46,668 bases of DNA, from positions 1-46,668 of the forward strand of contig NW_021834669.1 in the NCBI RefSeq assembly GCF_006345805.1, written 5' to 3'. Below are positions 23,590-37,231 of the stretch, one piece after another; the stretch's first letter is position 1; every line of letters begins with the position of its first letter. The DNA is from Octopus sinensis (taxonomy: Eukaryota). The notes beneath the pieces are model-generated. The model had not been told where the DNA came from. It saw nothing but the letters and a program-made list of their open reading frames with translations, and searched no databases. The translations under genes were made by a program, and so were the position numbers.

Positions 23590-26500
23590 GAAGAAAATGG
23601 CAAGAAAACTGGTCTGCGAGAGAGGTGCAATTGTTCTCGTCCGCTTGGAAGATCGCTGAGGACGACTCGCCGAACGAAATTATTGCTGCGGCGCTGAAAA
23701 GCAACAATTTTTCGAGAACCACCGCCCGATAGAGCGAGAAGAAGAGAGAAGTTATCCGTTCGTACGCTCTAATCAGGCAACATATGGAAACCCTGGGACA
23801 TCATCCTGGGAGGTGACGGCAGAAGGAGGGCCAAAAGGATGAGGAAAGCATCCAGAGCCAAATGGAGAAGCCTGGAACAAAGGGAAACGATGACAAATGT
23901 CCAGCTTCCAAACCCACAACTGAAGACCAAAGAGGTGCGATGGCCGCAAGAAAGGAAAGGCACCCTGGAATTGATGGGAAGCAGGAGGTAAAGGGTGACA
24001 GAATCAAGGCTCAAAGGAAGCCCTGTCCAGAGAAAGCAGAGGGACCCCAGCAAAACTGTAAGGGCAGGGAAAGAAACACCTGCAAATTCTACCTGAGGGG
24101 GGACTGCTGGTACGGCGTTGAAGGTGCAAACTGTCGCTTTGCACATCGGAGGCCCTACCAAAACCGCACGGACGCGAGACAGAGGTCCCTCCCTCAGGGA
24201 GAACAAAAACAAAACAAAAAGTTAAAAGAAGGGAAAAAAGCGCACTGACCACTACTGAAAGACGGTATGCAGATGTGGTGCGCGGAAACCCAACAGGTGG
24301 CCAGCTTCACCCAGATGTGAGAAAGGCGGCAGCTGAACAGCAGTCTTTTTTGTGCATGGCACAAAAATTGTTCAGCAGCTGACCTGGCTACAAGCACAAA
24401 GCTGGAACTACCACCACATAAGGCCACCTCCAACAGATGCAGGATGGCCACCACAGACACCAACACCAACACACACCCCAAAAATATTTCTACTGAATGT
24501 AGGAGGGGCTGCTGCGTGGAAACTGTAAAAAGAAAATTTCATTCCTGAGAGACCTTGTGACATGCAATCAAGCTATATGCATGGCACTCACAGAAACGCA
24601 TCTTGAACCCGATATAGGTGATGCAGAAATACACATGCCGCAATATGCAGTCATACGCACAGATAGAAAAGGGAGGAGCCATGGTGGAGTTGCAATGTAC
24701 ATCCGAGATGACCTCACGCCCCAGGTCCTGCTGTCATATTCAAACTCAGTATGTGAAACTCAAATTGTACACATAAGAACAACTGAATATCGTCATATGC
24801 ACTACATATCGCCCACCAGACGCCCCAAAACACTCAGGCATGTTTGAAGACTGCCTAACAAAAATAGGAGAAGTCCTCACCAACCTTGAACAGCACAAGT
24901 GTATTCTTCATGGGTGACTTTAACCTCCCCAATGTGGAATGGCCTGGGGGGCAGATGCTCCAGGAATGACACACCATCAGCAGGCACAGGTGGAGTCCCT
25001 GCTCCATCTCACAAATACCTCTTTCATGGAGCAAATAGTTCTGCAACCAACAAGGGCAGATAATATACTGGATCTCTGCTTTACAAACAATATGGATATT
25101 ATCCATAATGTTAATGTGATGCCGACAATGATCTCGGATCACAACATAATAGAGCTGTCTATGTATGGAACAAAAAGCCCCCGCAGACACACAGCCTATA
25201 CGAAGCACCCACCATCTCTCCAACTTAAACTTTCATAAAGCCAACTGGAAGTCGATTAGAGAAAGAGATCCTCAAACAGGATTGGCCTGAATGTCTCTCC
25301 ACACCGGACATAAACATGAAACACAAACACTTCATGTCCATAATACAAGCCATATGTGACAATATGTCCCAATGTGCAGGGCCAGCACACACAAGAATAA
25401 AAAACAGGATCCCTAGAGAAAGGAGGATTTTATGAGACGACGGACAAGGATTGCAAACCGCCTGAGCAAGCACACCAAAGTGGTGAGAAGTCTCGGCTCG
25501 AAAGAATGCTAATGGAAACTGAGAAAAGTCTACATCAGTCCCATGAAAAGGAGAGAGCAGATAAAGAAGCTTGGGTATAATAAAAATATAAAATCAAACC
25601 CTAAAGCTTTCTTTAAGTTTGCAAAAGAGACAGCCACAGTGCACCAGAGAATAGGACCTCTCTTCCAAAAAGATGGCTCTCTCACAGGAAATCCCACGAG
25701 GATAAGTGAAATACTGAACGAACAGTTCCAAAGTGTGTTCACTACACCTCTAGGACACAGGCAAGTAAACAACCCAGAAGAATTCTTTGCCACTTTACCA
25801 GCGGCCAAAGAGACAAAATTGAGTACATCAACATCGAAGAAGATGATATCACACTAGCCATTGATGAGATTGACACAAACTCAGCTGCTGGACCTGATGG
25901 ATTCCCAGCGATCCTTCTCAAATCGTGCAAACGAGCCCTTGCAAAACCGCTACAGCTTCTTTTTCAGAGCTTTCTTGCAAGTGGTAAGCTCCCAGTCAAA
26001 CTGAAAGAGGGGGTAATATGCCCTATCATAAGGGAGGTAGCAGAGCAGATGCTAAAAATTATAGGCCTATCTCTCTGACCTCACACCATCAGCAAAGTCA
26101 TGGAACGAATAGTCCGTAAGAAACTAATCATGTTCCTTGAAGAAAATGACTTACTGTCTGACACCCAGCATGGATTTCGACCAGGTGGAGGCTGCCTAAC
26201 ACAGCTCCTGCGGCACTATGGCTGGGTGTTGAAACAGCTACTAAATGGCTCAAATGTGGATGTAATATATCTTGACTTTGCAAAAGCCTTTGATAAAGTC
26301 GACCATGGTATGATCTGTCATAAACTGCGTGGTCTCGGCATAGGCGGGAAACTTGGAGAGTGGCTGCACAACTTCCTAAAAGACAGAAAACAGGCAGTTG
26401 TGAGCAATGGAGCCACCTCCAGGGAAACGCAAATAACAAGCGGTGTCCCACAGGGCACTGTCTTGGGGCCACTGATGTTCATAGTGGCCTTTCAGACATG

Positions 26501-27528
26501 CCTTCAGTTGCTACGATGACCACCCTTGCTAGCTATGCAGATGACACAAAGGTCTCCCACGCAATACAGAACCCTGAAATATTGCGCATCTGCAACATGA
26601 GCTGGACACAATATACAGGTGGGCTGAGGACAACAACATGCAGTTTAATGCAGGTAAGTTCCAGGCCCTGCGCTACTGGCACACAAAGGTAAATGACGTG
26701 AAGACTGGATACACTGGCCCAGGAAGAATTGCAATCCCTGAGTCAAAATCAGTGCGTGACCTGGGCATTGACATGAGCAATGATGCATCTTTCCAAATGC
26801 ATATTGCTAATCTGGTGATAAAATGCAGACGGCTAGCTGGATGGATTCTCCGAACTTTCAGAACAAGAGAGAAGGAGACACTGATGGTCCTATGGAAAAC
26901 ATTTGTCCTCAGCCGCTTGGACTACTGCTCCCAACTTTGGTCACCACACAATATAAAACAAACAGCAGAACTCGAAGCAACTCAGAGAAGCTACACAAAG
27001 AAAATCGTCTCAATGCAAAATGTCAGCTACTGGGAAAGACTGAAGGTATTAAACCTCTTCTCCCGGAGCGGAGGCGGGCGGGAGAGATATGCAGTAGTAT
27101 ATACATCTGGAAAATCCTGGAGGGTCTTATCCCAAACTTTGGCATTCAAAGTTACTCCAACCGCAGAACGGGGCGCCGCTGCGTGGTGCCAAGGATTCCA
27201 ACATCACCATCAAAATACAGGTCCAGATACTGCAACAGCTTGGGTTTCAGAGGACCACAGCTTTTCAACATCCTCCCTAAATGCCTGAGAGACTTACATG
27301 GTGTGGATGTGGGTTTCTTAAAACTAAACTGGATCTCTTCTTGTTGGAAGTCCCAGATGAACCTACCTCACGACAGGAGACGCGGATGCGGGCAGCAGCA
27401 TCGAACTCCCTTGTGATCAAGTGCCACGTATCAGAGGTGGATTCACAAACTAGTGTGGCTCATTCAGCGGTGGTGCCCCAGCATGGCGCGGCCTTCGGGC
27501 TCTAAACATTTTTAAGGATTTAAGGATT
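23590..27528 (+). mobile_element. Near full-length CR1/L2-group LINE (ORF1 + APE-RT ORF2), inactivated by frameshifts
   Basis: ORF1 remnant ~23594-24400 with CKFYLRGDCWYGVEGANCRFAH. ORF2 from ~24444: APE motifs (LLNVGG, ALTETHL, RTDRKGRSHGGVAMY, GDFNLP, PTRADNILDLCFTN, SDHNII) and RT motifs (AGPDGFP, NYRPISLTS, QHGFRPG, YLDFAKAFDKVDH, SGVPQGTVLGP, YADDTK, VRDLGI, SRLDYCSQLWSP). Short 3' end with an (AAGGATTT)n tail. Confidence 0.96.
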
Positions 27529-27801
27529 TATATATATATATATATATATATAATAGATATATATTATATATAATATATATGCGTAATATATAGAGAGAAG
27601 ATAGAGTGAGAGAGAGGGGTATATAGAGAGAGTTGAGAGTAGAAAATTAGTGATGTGCGTGCGTTACATAAATAATATAAACGGAAAATATTATATACTG
27701 TATATGTAGTGCTGTGGTATTATTATATATATAATGTGTGTGTGTATATGTATATATATTGTGTGTATATATATATATATATATATGTGCGTATGTGTGG
27801 G

Positions 27802-27844
<43 letters not shown>

Positions 27845-27854
27845 TATTATATAT

Positions 27855-28300
27855 GGCGCTGGCAAGAAACTTGCGGGAATGGGACCCAAAAACATAACAA
27901 AACGGGACGGGTTTGTGACGGACGATAATGATGACAGAAGGAGAATAAAGGCTGAGGGTCACACGAAGACAACAATAAAATGATAATAATACATTTACCG
28001 CGCAAAAAAAAAAAAGAAGAGAAGCCTTGGTGCTGGAAGACGAGATAAGAATGGGTAAGGCGATGGAGAAATATAAAAAAGTTCCTAAAGGACTATAAAC
28101 ATGGTGGGGTGGTGAGGAGCTGAGAATATCGTAAGCACTCTGATCGAAGGCAATGCAAAAAAGAACGACACCGCCTGACGCCCTCACGCGACGCTCTTTA
28201 TTCTGTTTATTGTCTTTTGCCTCTACTGACGGTCGCGTTTCGAGTCCGTCTCGTTTCGTTATGTTTTGGTCCCATTCACGGCAACTCTCTTGCCGGTGCC
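27855..28300. mobile_element. MITE with ~55-bp imperfect TIRs
   Basis: ggcgctggcaagaaacttgcgggaatgggacccaaaaacataacaaaacgggacgg versus the reverse complement of ccgtctcgtttcgttatgttttggtcccattcacggcaactctcttgccggtgcc. Right flank is TA; left flank lies in (TA)n. Superfamily unresolved. Confidence 0.75.
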
Positions 28301-28693
28301 TACTGAGTGGAAGCAATATTATTGAAAATGGCCGAAATCGTGCTCGACCGTCTGGCCGAAAACTGAAGAGGTTTTTGGTGACCTTCTGTGTTTTCCGTTC
28401 GTCTGCATTTAGTATATGTTCGTATGTTTATTAACAACTGTGTAAACAACATGAAGTCCGAAAACAAACGAGTTAAATACGCAAACAATGAGAGGTGAAA
28501 AGTGGAAAACAGGACAAGTAAACACAGAGGAAGGACCCTTCATCGGTTGTCGGCTGTTTATCTACTCCTCATTTTGTGCATTCAGTGACAATATGAGTCT
28601 TCAAAGACAGTTGCTCCCATAATTCCCAAATAAAATTTTGGGTTTACGTAGGGAATAAAAACAGGACCGCGGAGTGACGTCTTACCCATATTG

Positions 28694-28784
<91 letters not shown>

Positions 28785-29029
28785 CTATATATATATATAT
28801 GTACCTATATATGCATATATACATACATGCATATATAATTTATATTATTATTTAATTGAACTCCACGCATCCATTTCCAACTTATATTATATATTATATA
28901 TATATATACTATATATATATATATATATATATATAAAAGCCTTAAGAGATTTGTGGAAAGAATTCGACGTAGAATGTAAGCAACGTGGATATTCATAAAA
29001 TCATCTTTTTATGTATTGTGTTCCCACTC

Positions 29030-29612
29030 TATTGTTTCTATATGAAGCAGCAATTTCGAGGGAAAGGGTATAGTTGATTAAATCGAGGCCAGCACTTGAA
29101 TAGCACTTTATTTTCCCATCCATATATAGTTGGTTATGTCATGATATGAACTCAGAGTCGTAGCTAAATACTTAAAGGTATTCAGAAAGCAACAAGCAAT
29201 TAATATGGAGGAGACTTGTATTGATCCTCTGAAGAATTAGCTTTAAGAGTTACTCATAGTCCTTCATAACAGTTGTTATGACCTCATTTATAATTGGTAT
29301 AATAATCCTTTCTATTATAGGCACAAGGCCTGAAATTTGGTGGGAGGGAACTAGTCGATTACATCAATACCAGTGCTCAACTGGTACTTATTTAATCGAC
29401 CCCGAAAGGATGAAAACTAAAGTCGACCTCGGTGGAATTTGAACTCAGAACGTAAATAGTTGTAGCTAAGTACTTAGAGGTATTCAGAAAGTAACAAGCA
29501 ATTAATATGAAGAAAACCTGTCTTGATTCTCTGAAGAATTAGTTTTATGAGCAGATTCACAGTCCTTCTTCATAACAGTTTTATGGCCTCATTTATAATT
29601 GGTATAATAACC
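29030..29612. repeat. Old tandem duplication of SINE-B segment plus ~160-bp flank
   Basis: gtagctaa.tactta.aggtattcagaaag.aacaagcaattaatatg..ctgaagaattag..cttcataacagtt..cctcatttataattggtataataa occurs at 29160-29305 and 29460-29610. Confidence 0.8.
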
Positions 29613-31499
29613 TCGCCAATCTTATAAAGCAGTCATCTGTTTTGTTCTTTTTTTTCTTTTTTTCCTGCTATATTGAAGGATTTATTGTGATAAGCGCTTT
29701 CATTGCACTTCAAGATCAGTATGAGACGGTGACTTGAGAATTTAGCATGATATCAAGGTAAACTATTTTCCAAATCAATCTAATATATAAAGAAATAAGC
29801 ATTTATGATGTTTCTTACTTGAATACTTCATTGCATCATTTTCAGGTAAATTCTCATTAATGTTCAAAAGGATAAAACCAAGATTCAAATATTCTTTTTA
29901 ATGTTGCCGATATTTTTTTCCTTCTTAACTTTGAGTGCTGACAGCTTGCAAAAATTAATGAGCTCTAATAAAAATCCTAAATCTTTACAATGTGAATCCA
30001 ATACACGTAAACCGATCTCTTCAAAATTATCGAAATAAATTTAACCCCTAAAACTATGATTATATTATAATATAATACCAATTTCAATATTTTCTTTTTC
30101 TTTTTATCGTTTCATTCCAGTTGCAATTTTCATAAATGAACGTAACATGACACTAAACACTCGCGAGTAAAAACAAATACATTCCTGTTTCCTAATATAG
30201 ATTTTCTCTTAAATCTGTGGATACGTAAATTGTCATCGCTCTCATCTAGATACACTTTCAAAACAATGATATATTGTTATTTTACAGATTTAATTCTTTG
30301 AAACTATTATAAACATTGGTAAAAAAATGATTAAAAGAAATGGAACATATATCAAAAGAAATATATAGATATCGACTTACTTTCGTATTCGAAGCGACGA
30401 ATTTCAATTAGAGATCATCTGGTTTCACCAGTGAGAGAAGTAAGAAATTAAATGGATTTTGGTTATCAAATAATTTTGGGATGTTCCAAAATTAACTATT
30501 TCAATGAAATCAGGCAAGTTATAAAAATATTGACAGAATTTTATGCTTATTACTTAATTACGATACCAAAACAAATAGTTTTATAAAATTTACATCAAAA
30601 CTTAAGAATTTTCAACATGTGCCCCGTCTGTATCCTTTAGCATTGCAAAACACCTTTTGAAACATTTCAGGAGCTTTCTCCTGCACTGCTAACTGAATGA
30701 GTTCTTTAAGCTAAACTATTGCTCCATTCTGGGGATAGGGATAGAGAAAATGATTGCAGCCAAATTGAAAAAAAAAAAAGCTATTGTGAATAGATAAGCG
30801 GGATCGAACACGAATGGAAATAACATTATAAAAGAAGATTATAAAATTATTAGCAAAATTAATAATTTATCCACTTTTAACCCATATTACACATGATAAA
30901 CATTAAAAAAGGTGAGTTTTTGAAAACAATTGTCCGATTTCACTGAAATTGATAGTTAATTCTGTGACAGCCTCTTTATATTTTTCAGTTAAAAGAAGAA
31001 AATAATGCTACGTTGGGATCGGGAAAACATCCTTTTCTTTGATTCCGGTGTTTCAAGTTGGGTAGGATACGGAGGCGGAATGTTCCTGATTTACAATTGA
31101 AAGAATGCATGTCTTCCCTTAGAATCGTCGGCTGTTATCCTCAGGAAGTGTCTCGTGATGTCATCGGACTAGATCTTCCCAATGGACGGTTTGTGAAATT
31201 TCGGAAGTTAAAGTTTAAGTGTGTGAGGTGGGGATTCAGTTGGTGTGTTTGTTTCTGTCATGCTGCAGTGTTGCAATGCTGGAAGTGATATTATTTGAGT
31301 TAAGATATTATCTGGTCCCCTATTCGTTAGCCCCTTGTGGGTAATAAAAAATCAGATTATTTGTGTAGAAGTAAATATTGACGTTATGGAGATTGAAGAA
31401 TTGGAATTTTGGGTAAAACGACAAATTTGTATCAGGAAGTTTCCAGCAACATTAGTGGAAACATCTGGTTTAATCCTCAGTTCAATCTTGGTTTTTTCA

Positions 31500-32351
31500 C
31501 AGTGTTGTGTGTGTGTGTGTGTGTGTGTGTGCGTGCATGTGCATGTGTGTGTGTGCGCGCGCATGTGTGTGTGTGCGTGTTTAGACCAAACTGCTGGATC
31601 GATCTGTACCAAATTTGGCATGAAGGTTTTTCATTACTCGGGGAAGGTCTAGGAGGCGGTTGCTAATTTTAAACTTTTTTCCCGAACTGAAATATGTTTT
31701 ACATACCTGTCGTACACGTCGGGTTTTTTTTTTTCGCTTTAAAGGTAAACGATTTTTATAGAAGCAAACACGATATTGAATAATTCTACGTCATAATCTA
31801 CGACCGCCACCTCTATTTTTTTTTTTTAAGTAACGATAAATGCTTTTTAATTCTGATAATGAAACAAGAAGTTTAGTCCTTACCGCAAAATTCATATCTC
31901 TTGGGAAATATAAGGATGACGATGTCTTCATTCCACGGATCCCATTAATCCCATCTGACCTCCCCTGTGAATTTAAACAGCTCCAGTTCCAGTGAAACTT
32001 AGTTTTACTGTGTCCATAAACAAATCTCAAGCACAATCTCTCAACGTTGTTGGACTTCTGTTTGCTCCTCCTTGCTTCTTTCATGGCCAATGAGATACGG
32101 GATGTTCGCGAGTTGAAAATCCCTGAACTCTCTTTCTTTGTACACCAATTAAAGGACACGCTGAAAACTTTGTATATTTAGAAGCTCTACGAAATTAAAC
32201 TGTGATTAATTTCTGGATTTGTTTTAATAACTTTCTTCATACTCACGTCATCTGATAGAATTTTTCTGTAAATATATTTTCATCAGAATAATTATATCTG
32301 TTTCTTTTAACATTCTTTAAGCTTTCGAAAAACGCCGGGTACTCAGGCTAG
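31500..32351 (+). mobile_element. Non-autonomous Helitron with a Pif1-like helicase C-terminal fragment
   Basis: 31905-32190 translates as DDVFIPRIPLIPSDLPCEFKQLQF..SINKSQAQSLNVVGL..PCFFHGQ..GCSRVENP, the Helitron helicase C-terminus. 3' end cgccgggtactcaggCTAG|T at 32348-32352. Lep1-like gctggatcgatctgtaccaaatttggcat follows the (TG)n. The 5' boundary is uncertain. Confidence 0.8.
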
Positions 32352-33483
32352 TATTTATATATTTCCTGTCTTAAGAATACCGCTCCCACGAAAAAAAAAC
32401 CCATATAAATAATAAATAAAATAAAATACTTTCAACTATGCAGACGTTTGTTTCAGTTCATTGATAATATACTAGTGGTGTACCCTGACACGACTGGGTG
32501 CATTCTCTTTCGACTGAAGAAAAAAATATTAAAAATAGTACAACATTCCCAAGCTAAAATAGTAGGGGAAATGATATATTCACAATCTTCTGAATATTTT
32601 GGCAGTATTTCAGATAAACCACATAACTTTAAAAGAAAGCACAACAAATATTAAAATAACTGAAAATTCAATATTGAAATTTTCATGCAGACAACAATAG
32701 TGTAAGGTGACGAAAAATGAGACACTGTTCGTCATTTTAGTACCGTATTCAAGTACTTTTCTGCTGCGGTACTGTCTGGTACCCTAACAGAAGAATAAAG
32801 AGTATGAATAATTAGTCTAAAAGGAGTGAAAATGAATATAAATTCATCTTAGAGGAAAATGGTACGATATATTTTCAAAGAGTTTTAGATAAATATATAT
32901 TCATCGTGAAATAGTTCAATTGGAGTCCCACTCAAGAAATGGTTTCAACGTGTGATTTCGTAGAGAAGATTGCTCAACTTAGTTTTTCTTTCTTTCTTTT
33001 TGTATTGGTTCTTCTTACCAGCAGAAGAATTTGAACTTAACACTGAAAACTAAGGAATCAATTTCTAAAGTCATAATGTTACCACTTTTCAGAGCTGTGC
33101 ATAGTTACTGCCCCTGCAATACATTTTACAACTGGAAGAAATTTGTTTAAAAATGAGGCGATTTGTTTACACATCGAGTGTAGTGTTAGGTTAGAAATTG
33201 TGTTTAATATTGCCAAATGAAAAAGTGCCTTTACGTTCTGAGTTCATATTCCCCCAGGGTCGACTTTGTTTTTCATCCTTCCTGGGTCAACGAAACCAGG
33301 TGAACACTGGAGTCAATGTAACCGACTTACACCCTTTCCCGATACTGCAGGCCTGGTACCAAAATTTGAAACCAATATTATCAAATAAAGATCGTCTTCA
33401 GCTTCAGAGCTCGGATTCCGACGTATCTGTCTTTACTTTTGATCCTTTCTGGGTCAAAGAAATAAGTACCAGTTGGGTATTAG

Positions 33484-33771
33484 AGTCGGATATGCGGGTA
33501 TTCTATTTCAGATAATACAAAAAAAACCGAATGAGTATATCTGACAGTAAACTCATGGTATCAGTTTGCACACCACGAAATAACAATTAAAAGATATAAC
33601 CTAAATTATCAGCTTTATAATATACTTCATTAATTATATCATACTTTAGTTAATACTTATATTTATTTAATATGAAGGAACTACACGTGTTTCAGTATTG
33701 GAAGATTACAATACATATACGTATCCACAACTGTATACCTATACATATATATATATATAATATATTATATA

Positions 33772-33860
<89 letters not shown>

Positions 33861-33871
33861 AGATAGATAGT

Positions 33872-33958
<87 letters not shown>

Positions 33959-34437
33959 CAGATATAAATATACACATATAAATACATATACGCAATCATG
34001 AAATTTACAATTATTCCAACATCTCTTCAGGTTCTATTTCAAAATATTATATATCTAATTTTATATCCCTTTATATGTATTTGAATTTTTCTTGTTATAT
34101 ATTAAATCTAAACACAACATTTTTATTCTGATGTTTAATCTTATATCTCACATTCTGTATTTGACATATACTTGATTTTACATGACTGATATATATATAC
34201 TAATTCATATTTATAATGTATAATTCAAAATGTTTAATTCTTAATATTACAAAGTATAATTTTTATTCTTAATTTTCATTTTTATTCTTAACTTTTATTC
34301 TTAATTTCTAATTCGTAATTTTTAATGTTTAATGCTTAATTGTATTGCATATTTTTAAAGGGATGTAAAATTAGATATATAATATTTTGAAATAAAACCT
34401 GAAGATGTGTTGGAATAATTGTAAATCTGGTGATTGC

Positions 34438-34472
<35 letters not shown>

Positions 34473-34750
34473 CATATATATAAGTATACAGTTGTGTATA
34501 TGTATATATATTGTAATCTTCCAATACAGAAACACGTGTAGTTCCTTAATATTTCATAAATATAAGTATTAATTAAAGTGTGATATAATTAATGAAATAC
34601 ATTTTAGAGCTGGTAATTTCGGTTATATTTTTCAGTTATATCCTTTAAGTGTTATTTCGTGGTGTGCAAACTGATTGCATGAGTTTACTGTCAGATATAC
34701 TCATTCGTTTTTTTTTGTATTATCTGAAATAGAATACCCGCAATTCGATT
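33484..34750. mobile_element. ~1.27-kb foldback element with long composite inverted arms
   Basis: 33490-33745 is the reverse complement of 34480-34742 (gcgggtattctatttcagataatacaaaaaaa / tttttttgtattatctgaaatagaatacccgc). Inner arms are 33995-34080 and 34360-34438. Microsatellites are expanded asymmetrically within the arms. Confidence 0.85.
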
Positions 34751-34859
34751 AATCCCCCAAAATTGAATACTGACTTTTATCAGATACTTTGTATTATATG
34801 TAGATAGATAGATAGATAGATGATAGATAGATAGATAGATAGATATAGAGATAGATAGC

Positions 34860-34891
<32 letters not shown>

Positions 34892-35004
34892 CAGACAGAC
34901 AGAGAAGTATATTTGGTGATGCAGAACAGGAAGTTAGATCACAATACATGGCGGTTCAACGCACGAAACTCTCGGCCCTAATCATTATTAATATAAAAAT
35001 ACGT

Positions 35005-35014
35005 GTATACATGC

Positions 35015-35099
<85 letters not shown>

Positions 35100-35162
35100 A
35101 TATATTATGTATATACATATATACATATATATATATATATATTATATATGTGTGTATATATA

Positions 35163-35213
<51 letters not shown>

Positions 35214-35364
35214 GTGTGTATATTATATTATATATATATATTATACATATATATATACATATATATATATACATATATATTATATATATAATATATATAT
35301 ATATATGTACATATATGTATGTATATATATATATGTATATGTATATGTTTACATATACATATAT

Positions 35365-35395
<31 letters not shown>

Positions 35396-35577
35396 AATAC
35401 ATACATACATACATACATACATACATACATACATACATGTGTGTGTATGTGTGTGTGTGTGTGTGTGTAAAAACCAGAGCGTAAAAGACTTTCTAACTTT
35501 CCCGAGTGTCAAACTAATACACCTGCTTGTTGTTCATACACCTGTCTTCGTCTTTTGTTTTTGTGTATATTTCAACA

Positions 35578-35629
<52 letters not shown>

Positions 35630-35695
35630 AATCAAAATGAGGGTGAAAAAATTGGATATTAATTTAATAACATCAAATTTAACACCAGTGGTCTA

Positions 35696-35777
<82 letters not shown>

Positions 35778-35866
35778 AATCAAAATGAGGGTGAAAAAAT
35801 TGGATATTAATTTAATAACATCAAATTTAACACCAGTGGTCTAGCATATATATATATATATATATC

Positions 35867-35902
<36 letters not shown>

Positions 35903-35907
35903 AATAT

Positions 35908-35980
<73 letters not shown>

Positions 35981-36000
35981 TAAACATCTATATTAACATT
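35005..36000. repeat. (TA)n-dominated microsatellite field containing a perfect 78-bp direct repeat (35621-35698, 35770-35847)
   Basis: aaattaaaatcaaaatgagggtgaaaaaattggatattaatttaataacatcaaatttaacaccagtggtctagcata occurs twice. Confidence 0.9.
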
Positions 36001-37231
36001 ATATATACAAAAATATATGCACCATATTTATTGTATACATGTATGAGTGTGTGTGCGTATGTAAGTGGATGTATATGTGCATGTATGTGTGTGTATGCGC
36101 ATGCAATTGAGGGTGTATTAAGGAGGGAAATGAGTTACTGAAAGGTTTGTGACATGTAACGCTATCTGAGTAAGGTGACTCAGTCCAGCCAATGGTTCGT
36201 AGGTTCAGCGTGCAGAAAACATCTGCTTCTGAAGCTCGAAAACAGTGGGACGTGGGCTGGAACTAACTGTTAATGATTTATGCATTTCCACTTTGATTAG
36301 AGTTCACAACATATCAGCCCCCCCCCACCACCACCACCACCATCGCCTCGCTGCCACTCACCTCATTCTGCTAACAGCTGTACACAGTTCGGATCAGTTT
36401 AGATGGTGGCAGACAGAAGAATCATAAGTATGTATGTTTATATGTATGCATGTGTGTATGTATGTATGTACGCATGCATGTATGCATGTACTTATTTATT
36501 TACGTATGTATGCATATGTGTGTGTATGTACATGCATGTATGCGTGTCTGTGTATGTTTGTATGTGTGTGTGTCTATTTCTGCGTGTATGTGTATATGTA
36601 TGTATCTATGTGTGTGCATATGTTTTCTTTTCTGTACATGTGTGTGTATGTGTGTGTGTGTTTAGATTCTTTATTTGAGGAAGAAACTGGTTTCTAACAA
36701 AGATACAAAGTTCCATCATTGGAATGTAGGTAACAATGACAATGTCACATTTTAAACTTGAGCAAAGTCTTGCAGACTTTTATTTTTCCTCTCACAGATT
36801 GTATTTGTAATGTACGAGTTATTTGGTTGATTTCTTGTTTTGGTTTCGATAGAAAATGTAGCAGAAAGAAACTGTTCGGGCTATAATTTCGGTAGAAATA
36901 ACATTAACAAGATATCATAAAAAAAGCTCCTTAATACATCATTCTACAAAACGTATAGCATATATGATATGATACAAGAGAAAACGTTAAGGAGTGGGCA
37001 GAGTCATAAATAATAAATAATACATTACTTACCTGCCGGAATTAATGCAAATAAAATATAATAACTATAATGATAAATATGATATACTGATAAATATAAT
37101 ATAATGATAAATATGACTTATTTAAATGTTTTTAAATTACGAAACAACTTGTCGTGAAATCAAAATTTTCTTACAGTTAAATAAAATTTCATCAAACTAA
37201 ATCTCTGTCATTCGTGACTATGTATATATAT

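Noticed and set aside
23590-27528. Active LINE
   Set aside because: Numerous frameshifts and stops in both ORFs. Some could be sequencing indels, but activity cannot be claimed.
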